Shown piece by piece: positions 1-7,439 of a stretch of DNA of 64,000 bases. The notes under the pieces were generated by a model that saw only the letters and a list, made by a program, of their open reading frames with translations, was not told the DNA's origin and did no database searches. Source of the stretch: a virus; the IMG/VR virus record IMGVR_UViG_3300027743_000002, positions 1 through 64,000 of that record, one strand, 5' to 3'. The translations under genes and the position numbers were made by a program. Positions within the stretch are counted from its first letter, which is position 1. The number at the start of each line of letters is the position of its first letter.

Positions 1-46
1 GAAAGGACTGCTGCTTAGAGTAAAATTGTACGGAAAAGTTGGAGAT

Positions 47-70
47 GAGGGCCGCTTTCGGGTGGCTCTC
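47..70 (+). terminator. Hairpin with UUCG loop; possible terminator or RNA structure
   Basis: gagggccgct-TTCG-ggtggctctc, 10-bp stem with G-U pairs; no U tail. Confidence 0.4.
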
Positions 71-102
71 GTCGTCTATGGAGAGCACTAAAGCAAAACT
101 TG

Positions 103-131
103 TTGATTTAATCTGGCACACGCATTACACT
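103..131 (+). promoter_or_regulatory. Sigma70-like promoter of the head operon
   Basis: TTGATT-17 nt-TACACT upstream of ATG 179. Confidence 0.5.
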
Positions 132-178
132 CCGCTCCGTGCAGCTAGCCACGCAACCAGCGTTTGCGGCTGTGATTA

Positions 179-1735
179 ATGAGTCAGTCAGAAAGTTCTA
201 TCGGGGCTAATACCAGCGCACCGTCCGACGCTGGAGTCGCATCGACCGTGGGAGCACCTGAAAGCTCAAGCCCCTCCACGCAGGACACATCTCTCGCTCC
301 ACAGAGCACGGCTAGCACTCCTACTGCTGAGAATGTTCAAGGTAGTCAACCTTCAAGCGATACTGAGACCGATTTTCTTGACCAGTTACCTTCTATTGAC
401 GAATTGAAGGCGCAGGCAGGACAAGGAATCAAGTACGCCGATGCGTTGGCAAGTCTGAAGGGGGCATTTGACCCGCTAAAGGCCAATTATAAAGAACTTC
501 AATCTAAATATCAGCCTTATCAAGACGTTTTATCGCGTTTTGAGCAGCCTGAACAACTGCAAGAAGTTCTAGGATTCCGAGACAGCATAATTGCGTGGGA
601 GAACGATCCCGTAACAGGGGAACCCGTTCCTGCGCCGAATGTGCAGTTTTTACAGGAAAAGTACCGCTCACACGCGGACTATCTCGTTGCTGATTTATTG
701 AATTTGCCCACGGTTGACCCCGAAACGGGTCGAGAAGTGCCGAGGGCGGATTTGATCCTTGAAGCGTGGCGGGATTCACCTGAAAGACGTGCTCATGTAG
801 CAAAAGTCTTGGGATTAGTTGAGCCATCGGCTATCGCCCCACAGTGGCAACCGACTGAAGAAGAATTAAGCCTCGTTCGTCCTGAATTGCAGGATGTTTA
901 TCGGAAATTACCTTACGAAGAACGTGAGGAATTGAAGCTGAACAGCCCTGAATTCATCAATCGAGCGTTGGAGAAAGAGCAATTCCAACAGCAGTTGATT
1001 GAGCGCGACAAGCAAACGCAAGAAGCGCAGAAACAACAGGCCCAACAGCGTGAACAATATCTCAATTCCCAAGCCCAACAAGCAGGAACTGAGTATGTAA
1101 ACACGCAACTTAATCAGGCGTTGACCACTTTCCACGAATCGGTTGTGCAACAGTGCAACTTCATCAAACCGCTTGATCCGGCAAACCTCCCACAAGGGGT
1201 TACACCGGAGCAGGCCGCGCAAATGAACCAGCAAATTGCTTCGTCGAACAAAGCTGAGGCTGCTCAGATAACAGGACTCGTGGTGAGTCTGTTTAACCCG
1301 CAGACACAGGCTTATGTACTGCCTCTCTTGAAAGAGATCGGGGCAGTGGACGACAAGATGTTGAGTCAGATGGAAAAGGCGGCAAGCGCGTTTGGGAACA
1401 ACGGCAGAAATTACGGGAATCTGAATTATCGTCAACAGTTACAGACGAACGGCAACGGTTATCAGCCGAGCGCGGACGTAACGGGGATGAATAATGAAGC
1501 CCAGAGAGCGTTGAAAACCATGATTGGCTACGCGAACCAGATTCGCGGGAAACTGATGGAGCAACGCAGTAATTTCTTCAGTTTGAAGGCCACTGAGCAT
1601 AATCAAACCTTGAACGGCGCAGGAACGGTGCGACCCCCCATCAACGGAACGGGCTACAATCCTACTACCGCGCCTCCGGTTCAATTACCCTCTGGAAAAC
1701 TAACCAGAGCGGATATTGACCGCCTCTACGGTTAA
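179..1735 (+). CDS. Putative capsid scaffolding protein
   Basis: 518 aa; S/T/P-rich N-terminus, Q/E-rich coiled coil; directly upstream of the capsid-sized gene. Confidence 0.6.
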   Translation: MSQSESSIGANTSAPSDAGVASTVGAPESSSPSTQDTSLAPQSTASTPTAENVQGSQPSSDTETDFLDQLPSIDELKAQAGQGIKYADALASLKGAFDPLKANYKELQSKYQPYQDVLSRFEQPEQLQEVLGFRDSIIAWENDPVTGEPVPAPNVQFLQEKYRSHADYLVADLLNLPTVDPETGREVPRADLILEAWRDSPERRAHVAKVLGLVEPSAIAPQWQPTEEELSLVRPELQDVYRKLPYEEREELKLNSPEFINRALEKEQFQQQLIERDKQTQEAQKQQAQQREQYLNSQAQQAGTEYVNTQLNQALTTFHESVVQQCNFIKPLDPANLPQGVTPEQAAQMNQQIASSNKAEAAQITGLVVSLFNPQTQAYVLPLLKEIGAVDDKMLSQMEKAASAFGNNGRNYGNLNYRQQLQTNGNGYQPSADVTGMNNEAQRALKTMIGYANQIRGKLMEQRSNFFSLKATEHNQTLNGAGTVRPPINGTGYNPTTAPPVQLPSGKLTRADIDRLYG

Positions 1736-1748
1736 ATAGGAGAGAATC

Positions 1749-3050
1749 ATGCCAGAAGTCGATACCGTATCTAATTGGGTGGATTTTTATTCCCAACAGC
1801 TAATCCGCGCCAAGGATTGGTCAATTTTAGCCGCCCCCTTTTGGAATTCCCTCGGTGAAGTAACGACCGCCGAAGAAGTTTCGCAACGTGGCGCACGTCT
1901 TTATTTCGTGAAAAACCAAGCAGGCGGCGATTCACTGCCGACTATTGCCAACCCCGACAACAACCGCGCTATTCCACCGCAGTCAGACAGCATGTGGGCA
2001 GTTCCACAGATGTCCACTACTACTGCTGTGCTTGATTATTCCCTGATGGTCGATGCAGGTGGCGCAAATGGCCCCAAGAAGGCCAACGCCATGTTCACAA
2101 TTCAGGAAATCATCTCACAGACCGTGGATGCCTTTGCCCAACGCCAAGAATACTATTCTATGGGTAACGGCAGTGCAGCAATGGCGTTTTCAGCGGGCAG
2201 TATTGCCGCTCCTGGCGCAGGTCAGACCTTGACTTGCACTACGTCTGCTGCCGCGACTCCAGGACAGACCAAGGGCGCAGTCAGGCTGAAGGCGAATCAG
2301 TATTATCAGTCCTACGACACGACCACTGGTTTGCCCGAAGGAACCTTCCTCGTTACGAGTTCCAACAACAAAACCACCGCAACTATCACCTTGTTGAGCG
2401 GTATCATCACTTCGGGAAACCCGATCACTATTGTTGGGGGCTACAATGGTGCTCCTATGGGAGTCTCAGGACTGATTGATGACAACAACCGCATCGTTCA
2501 GGGTCGAGATTCCAGCGTGGACACCATTCTTAACTGCCCCTCGGTTGACTTGAACGGAACAAAGTTCACGGTCAGCGACCGCGAGACAGTCAAGACCCAA
2601 CTCGTAGTTCGCAACTTGAGCAAGTCGGAGCGCGGTGGTCTAAACAACCTCGTCACTCCAGGCTTGATGAGCGACCTCCGCAAACAGGGTTACGGCTTCC
2701 ACCGCACCAACGGCGACGAACCCGTAGTTGACATCGCAGGCGGCTACAAAGATGCAGACGGTACACGCATCATGGAAATGTCGAATTGGGAAGAAGATCG
2801 CTCAACCTTCTGGAAGGGTGACGCACTTCAGAAGCACACTCAGTTTCCAATCGGTGATCTGATGCCCAACGGCAACAACCTCGATTGGTGGAATCTCCCA
2901 GGTGTCAACGGTACAGGTTCACGCTCGTACTACAGGCAATGGGGGACAAGCTACACCTGTGCCCTTGTTAATCCTAACTGTGTCACCACAGTTAAACGCA
3001 GTTCGTTGACAGGGATCGTCACCCAGGTATCAATCGGAGCCGGAAACTAA
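1749..3050 (+). CDS. Putative major capsid protein
   Basis: 433 aa; strong SD (AGGAGAG); follows scaffold; internal G/T/A-rich beta insertion. Confidence 0.65.
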   Translation: MPEVDTVSNWVDFYSQQLIRAKDWSILAAPFWNSLGEVTTAEEVSQRGARLYFVKNQAGGDSLPTIANPDNNRAIPPQSDSMWAVPQMSTTTAVLDYSLMVDAGGANGPKKANAMFTIQEIISQTVDAFAQRQEYYSMGNGSAAMAFSAGSIAAPGAGQTLTCTTSAAATPGQTKGAVRLKANQYYQSYDTTTGLPEGTFLVTSSNNKTTATITLLSGIITSGNPITIVGGYNGAPMGVSGLIDDNNRIVQGRDSSVDTILNCPSVDLNGTKFTVSDRETVKTQLVVRNLSKSERGGLNNLVTPGLMSDLRKQGYGFHRTNGDEPVVDIAGGYKDADGTRIMEMSNWEEDRSTFWKGDALQKHTQFPIGDLMPNGNNLDWWNLPGVNGTGSRSYYRQWGTSYTCALVNPNCVTTVKRSSLTGIVTQVSIGAGN

Positions 3051-3061
3051 GGAGGAATCGC

Positions 3062-3313
3062 ATGGCTTATACAACAGCAGCCGCTCCTTATCAGATTGGC
3101 CCTGGATCGAATGATAATTCGTCGGGGATGATCTTTGAGGACATCACCGTAACCGGAGCCGGAGACACGACCGGAACGTACACAACCAAGTACGTCAAGC
3201 AACCCGTTTATGTCGTCGGCCCGTTTACTTACAGCATTTCGGGCCAAGTGGTCACGCTTGGCAGCGCGTCCTTAACGGGAGTTGAGGCAGCACGAATAGT
3301 CGGATTCGCATGA
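3062..3313 (+). CDS. Putative capsid decoration protein
   Basis: 83 aa, T/G/V-rich beta-type; SD AAGGAGG; follows capsid gene. Confidence 0.45.
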   Translation: MAYTTAAAPYQIGPGSNDNSSGMIFEDITVTGAGDTTGTYTTKYVKQPVYVVGPFTYSISGQVVTLGSASLTGVEAARIVGFA

Positions 3314-4050
3314 TCATCAAGCCACGCGACGGGGCGGAAAGTTGGCAACCCAACGAACCGCCCCCAAGCAACTTCGACCAAGCCGCGTATCAGCAGAAAA
3401 TCGACAAGATCGTCGGTACTAAAGATACGCGGCCCATCATTAAACTCGCGTGGGCACCAGAGGAATTTCGTTGGTGGCCCATTCGGGTAGATGAAGAAGA
3501 ACCCAAGGGTTATGTCTTTCCGATCTTTCACGCTTACACGACCGCTGAAGGGAAGTTGGTAGCTGCGCCTCGGTGGGTACTCTTAGAACGGATTGAGCCT
3601 GCGCAGTATGCCCCGACACCGCAGTTTTGGGAGAGCAAGCGGTATCAGTTTGACGACGGTTCATTGTGGGACTTGACGGGGCCAGTTCCCGACGAGAAGT
3701 ACATTGAATTACGTTGCCACTCGCACCATGACGGAATCTGTTGTGCGTGCATTGGAACGACATGTGAATGTGGAATTGAATATGCTCATTGTTGGGGTAG
3801 GTACGCAGAGCCGGATGAGCATCTGTTAAATTGGATACGGCAAAAGAATTGGGAAGCACAACATGATAATGACGTGCAACCCGACGCTGATGCGCGGTAC
3901 TTTTCGGCTCCGCAAAGTCAGGCTGATTACAAGTCGGAGATTGTAAATCGGCAGGAGCAGCAGAAAGAAGATCGGCGCAAGTACAACGATTACATGTTAG
4001 ACCATTGGGAACGTAAACCTGTTTCGACCGTAGGCCCAACTAGGGCATAA
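3310..4050 (+). CDS. Hypothetical protein with Cys/His cluster
   Basis: ATGA overlap with previous gene; CHSHHDGICCACIGTTCECG. Confidence 0.7.
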   Translation: MIIKPRDGAESWQPNEPPPSNFDQAAYQQKIDKIVGTKDTRPIIKLAWAPEEFRWWPIRVDEEEPKGYVFPIFHAYTTAEGKLVAAPRWVLLERIEPAQYAPTPQFWESKRYQFDDGSLWDLTGPVPDEKYIELRCHSHHDGICCACIGTTCECGIEYAHCWGRYAEPDEHLLNWIRQKNWEAQHDNDVQPDADARYFSAPQSQADYKSEIVNRQEQQKEDRRKYNDYMLDHWERKPVSTVGPTRA

Positions 4051-4057
4051 AGGACAT

Positions 4058-5287
4058 TTGATGTCGCAAGTTTTAGAAGTCAGTCAAGGTTATCCGGTAG
4101 AAGGTCGGCCCTTTGAGCCACCACAACTCAGTCGGCAGAACGAGCAACCCCGTTACATCACCTTTGTTGGCAGTCTCGTTGAGGCAAGTGTTGCTCTCGA
4201 CCGCCCGTGGACAAAGGGCGGGGGCATTGAAATCGGCAATCCTTGTCTGCGGTACACAAAGAACTTTGTCCGCAAAGGTCGGATTACTCCGGTACTGAAA
4301 GACGTTCACGATTGGGTAACTCAAGACTATTGGGAGAAAGCGACGGGCAGGGACGCGAGTTATTTTCCGCGCCAAGTTCCCGCAGGCTATGTATCTCCAC
4401 TGAACGAGAGTGGACATCCTAGCCCTATCAGAGCCATGTACGGCAAGATCGCAGTACCTGGGGAGCAGATGGATTCGATTCTCAATGGTTCTGCCAACAT
4501 CCTTGACCGCACGCGACGAGGAGTGGTGGAACTGACCGAGTTAGCGGGGCACGAATACAATCCGCAAGACTTGGGTGACGGGATTGTTACCGACCCGACG
4601 ATTTGGAAGATTCAACGAACGATTCTGCCTGACTATCCATTCATTATGAAAGATGGTCAGCCAACGGTGTTGTTGGATGACATTGAAGAAGTCCTGCTTG
4701 ATGCACAGCGACATACATCGTTGCGGTCGATTGTGGACAAGTATCTGACTTCGCTGAATCAGTTCCGCGACTTCGCTAAAGGGTCAGTTGATCAGACTCA
4801 CTATCGGATGAAAGAGTCGGCGGTGAAGTCGGATTCCGGCTACATCTGGAAGTACACTGAACTTGATTTCGTGTTGATGGAGCAGTTGGGTGTTCAGCGT
4901 CAAGACAGAGAGATTCGCCAAGCGAACAAGGCCCAACCAAACGAGCGGTTGGAGAACATGTTCGAGCAGTGGTTAGCGATTCAGATTGAGGAGAAGCAGG
5001 CTAACCTTGAGCGACAGAAGCAGTTTGCAGTTGACCAGAACACGATGGCCGCAGCCCCGATTCAAGACAAAGGATTCGACGGGCAATCTGGTTATTCGGG
5101 CTATTCAGGGGAAGTGGTGACAAATGCCACAGCCCAAGGCCAAGAGGAAATCGCCGTAGCGATGGCTGATACGATGCACACATGCGAGTGTGGGAAAGAA
5201 TTCGACACCGCGCAGGGCATTTCAATGCACAAGGCTCGTTGGTGTGAACTGCTAAACAAGACAGAGACGGGAGAAGACAACGCCTAA
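4058..5287 (+). CDS. Hypothetical protein with C-terminal C2H-type zinc finger
   Basis: 409 aa; HTCECGKEFDTAQGISMHKARWC; short GQSGYSGYSG motif. Confidence 0.7.
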   Translation: MMSQVLEVSQGYPVEGRPFEPPQLSRQNEQPRYITFVGSLVEASVALDRPWTKGGGIEIGNPCLRYTKNFVRKGRITPVLKDVHDWVTQDYWEKATGRDASYFPRQVPAGYVSPLNESGHPSPIRAMYGKIAVPGEQMDSILNGSANILDRTRRGVVELTELAGHEYNPQDLGDGIVTDPTIWKIQRTILPDYPFIMKDGQPTVLLDDIEEVLLDAQRHTSLRSIVDKYLTSLNQFRDFAKGSVDQTHYRMKESAVKSDSGYIWKYTELDFVLMEQLGVQRQDREIRQANKAQPNERLENMFEQWLAIQIEEKQANLERQKQFAVDQNTMAAAPIQDKGFDGQSGYSGYSGEVVTNATAQGQEEIAVAMADTMHTCECGKEFDTAQGISMHKARWCELLNKTETGEDNA

Positions 5288-6041
5288 TCTCTACGACATC
5301 GGAACCAACACGCGAGTTCGACTCGGAATGCCACGGTCAGAGGCTCCGACAGAACTCGCTGTGTTGAATCAGAACTGCTCGCAGATTAGAAATCTCAAGA
5401 AGTTCAAGCGAGCCACGGGCAATCCGTGGGACTTCAACGACCTTGTGTTGGAGACTTCGGCTGACGAATCCACCTACCAAATTAGTCAGACCGATTTTGG
5501 GCAACCTCTCGCGGTGCTAACGTGGGCACCCGAACTCTCCACTTGGACACCTCGTTTAATCAAAATCTTTGAACCGCAGAACTTGGTGCTAAACATTCCC
5601 ACAGTGGGGAATAATACCTTAGCGAGTTACGCTTATTTACCGTGGGACGGTTCTAACTGCACCGCTCAACGGTGTGCCTTCTATTGGCGCAACAACGTGC
5701 CTTTTATCGAGTTTTGGCCCGCACCGACAACTTCGATAGCGTCTTATAAAATTCGCTACCTTCAGAACAGTAACAACTTAAATACCATCTCTCTAAATGA
5801 AGCCCCTTTGCAGAATGACGATTGCGATCTTGTTGAAATCCGTTCTGCGCTTGCGTTGCTTCCGTTGACGCAATGGATGGCTGAAGAAGGGGACGGTTTG
5901 GCTTACAACGCGAACAAACGTAAGGAACTCGCGGCAAGTTTGGGCGCAGAAGAACAAGAAGCCACACGATTGTTTGAAGCAATGGCGCGACAAACTACGG
6001 GGCCAAGAATGTATCAACGATGGAATCCGACAGTGGGCTAA
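5280..6041 (+). CDS. Putative head-tail adaptor; probable ACG start at 5280 (first ATG is 5328)
   Basis: SD GGAGA then in-frame ACG-CCT-AAT-CTC; YWRNNVPFIEFWPAP..YKIRY resembles adaptor proteins. Confidence 0.5.
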   Translation, partial: TPNLYDIGTNTRVRLGMPRSEAPTELAVLNQNCSQIRNLKKFKRATGNPWDFNDLVLETSADESTYQISQTDFGQPLAVLTWAPELSTWTPRLIKIFEPQNLVLNIPTVGNNTLASYAYLPWDGSNCTAQRCAFYWRNNVPFIEFWPAPTTSIASYKIRYLQNSNNLNTISLNEAPLQNDDCDLVEIRSALALLPLTQWMAEEGDGLAYNANKRKELAASLGAEEQEATRLFEAMARQTTGPRMYQRWNPTVG

Positions 6042-6317
6042 ATGCAGACCTCACCGCTAAAAAACGGCGATAAACTTCCCGATCATCCTAGCGACACCAC
6101 CGCTTTACAAATAACCAAGTACGGACGAGTTTTTGACGCAACCGATGGGCTAGAGTTACTGCCTAATCTCCACCGAACTGAGATCGGAATGTTACGGGGT
6201 GGAGAAAGAGGCGGTCTATCTCATTTGTACAGATTTCACATCGAATCCGGCCACATTTTTCACACACGAGCGGCGGCTGTAGTTGAGGTAGAATGTGAAA
6301 GTATTGACTCTGAATAG
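6042..6317 (+). CDS. Hypothetical protein; its 3' end is mirrored by pentamer array 2
   Basis: 91 aa; ATG directly after the upstream TAA. Confidence 0.7.
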   Translation: MQTSPLKNGDKLPDHPSDTTALQITKYGRVFDATDGLELLPNLHRTEIGMLRGGERGGLSHLYRFHIESGHIFHTRAAAVVEVECESIDSE

Positions 6318-6332
6318 CGAATAGAGTAGATT
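6304..6332 (+). promoter_or_regulatory. Promoter of the RAMP/pentamer cassette
   Basis: TTGACT-17 nt-TAGATT; predicted +1 near 6339 coincides with the first base of the leader stem. Confidence 0.65.
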
Positions 6333-6338
6333 GCTCCC

Positions 6339-6468
6339 GCCGACCAAGATTGAATGGCGTGGGCTTTGTTTTTAGCCTTAACAGATTCCAGATACTTAGA
6401 CCAAAATCGTCCGCGCTTGTCTTGGTCGGCAGGCTCTAACGAAGGTCGGGTGTCTGGAATTTGTTTTT
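6339..6468 (+). ncRNA. Structured leader RNA with interleaved helices
   Basis: 6339-6349 pairs perfectly with 6420-6430; 6380-6395 pairs with 6450-6465 (2 G-U), followed by a T run. Confidence 0.55.
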
Positions 6469-6471
6469 CAG

Positions 6472-6536
6472 GGAGTGGCGTGGTGCGCTGGTTTAGGGTT
6501 GGCATAGGTCAGTTCCGGCTTGGTATGGTGCGCTAT
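6472..6536 (+). repeat. Pentamer array 1 (G[G]Y-NN); putative guide RNA
   Basis: 13 units: gga-gt ggc-gt ggt-gc gct-gg ttt-ag ggt-tg gca-ta ggt-ca gtt-cc ggc-tt ggt-at ggt-gc gct-at. Confidence 0.8.
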
Positions 6537-6556
6537 TCCTCTAAGGAGAATCTGTT

Positions 6557-7192
6557 ATGGCTACAGCAAAAGCAAAACTAGAAGCATTGAGTCCGGTGTC
6601 AAACGATGCCGCAGAAACGATTTCATTTGAGGAACCGTATATCGTGACGGTTCAGATTGAAGGCACTGCGCCGATTCTTTTCCATCGGTGGTCTTGTGAA
6701 GACGTGGAAGCCAAGGCCAACGCAAAGAAGAACTCCAAAGCTAAGAAAACCGACAATGTGGAGTCCTACATCTATCGCAATGAGTTGAATCAAATCTGTT
6801 TGCCAGGTGAGTACGTGCGGCAGACAATTATTCATGCCGCGAAGTTCAAGCAAGACCCGCGTTCACCTCGTAAATCGGCAATGGACTTGTTCAAGGCGTC
6901 GATTGTGGCGTTGACCGAACTCGCACCGTTGAATGGTGGTACAGAAACGTGGGATTACATTGACCAACGACGAGTAGTGATTCAGCGGGCAGCTATCACG
7001 CGAATGCGGCCCGCGTTTGCGAAAGGATGGACAGCAGAGATGGATTTCTCGATTCTCTGTCCTGAGTATGTTGATCCACATTTGTTTAATGAGGTGTTGG
7101 CTCTATCTGGAAAGTTGATCGGCACAGCAGATGGTCGCCCTAGTTATGGACGATTTCAAGTGAACAAGTGCTCTGTAGTTGGGCTTGCTTAG
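6557..7192 (+). CDS. Stand-alone RAMP/Cas7-like RNA-binding protein
   Basis: 211 aa; N-terminal VQIEGTAPILFH strand, LPGEYVRQTI helix, C-terminal G-rich loop GKLIGTADGRPSYGRF typical of RAMP proteins; SD TAAGGAG. Confidence 0.75.
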   Translation: MATAKAKLEALSPVSNDAAETISFEEPYIVTVQIEGTAPILFHRWSCEDVEAKANAKKNSKAKKTDNVESYIYRNELNQICLPGEYVRQTIIHAAKFKQDPRSPRKSAMDLFKASIVALTELAPLNGGTETWDYIDQRRVVIQRAAITRMRPAFAKGWTAEMDFSILCPEYVDPHLFNEVLALSGKLIGTADGRPSYGRFQVNKCSVVGLA

Positions 7193-7318
7193 GTTATGGC
7201 TAATTCAGCCACGGTCGGCTAGGTATCGTTGTGTTGTGGTATGCCGAGCAGTGGTGAGGGTGGCTGCGGAATGTTCCGCTTTGGTCTTGCAACGGTGAGG
7301 CGTGGCCTTATAAGGAGA
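7193..7318 (+). repeat. Pentamer array 2 (G[G]Y-NN); putative guide RNA
   Basis: G at the first position in 18 of 19 units 7193-7287; 1-nt register slip at 7288; 6 more units ending in palindrome CCTTATAAGG. Confidence 0.85.
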
Positions 7319-7383
7319 GTTGCGGTGAGGTATGGAACGGCGAGCTGAGCATGGTCGTGTTGGGGTTCGGTTTGGTCAGGTAA
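7319..7383 (+). repeat. Pentamer array 3 (G[G]Y-NN); putative guide RNA
   Basis: 13 of 13 units begin with G: gtt-gc ggt-ga ggt-at gga-ac ggc-ga gct-ga gca-tg gtc-gt gtt-gg ggt-tc ggt-tt ggt-ca ggt-aa. Confidence 0.85.
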
Positions 7384-7422
7384 GAAAGAGCTAAGATAAG
7401 ATTCATTATCTTGGCTCTTTCT
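7383..7422 (+). terminator. 17-bp hairpin closing the cassette
   Basis: agaaagagctaagataa-gattca-ttatcttggctctttct, one U-G pair. Confidence 0.7.
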
Positions 7423-7439
7423 ATTGTATACTCAACGAA

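Noticed and set aside
6354-6581. 75-aa ORF over the leader and array 1
   Set aside because: Its G/V/W/R-rich translation is a by-product of the pentamer repeats and it has no SD
7268-7318. Idea that NN at cc tt ct ac (M-P-x-L-T) spans the empty-site junction into the terL start
   Set aside because: Only 3 of 5 dinucleotides match, it crosses a register slip, and no in-frame stop is possible; too weak
6472-7383. CRISPR array interpretation
   Set aside because: No 23-47 nt direct repeats with spacers; the period is 5 nt
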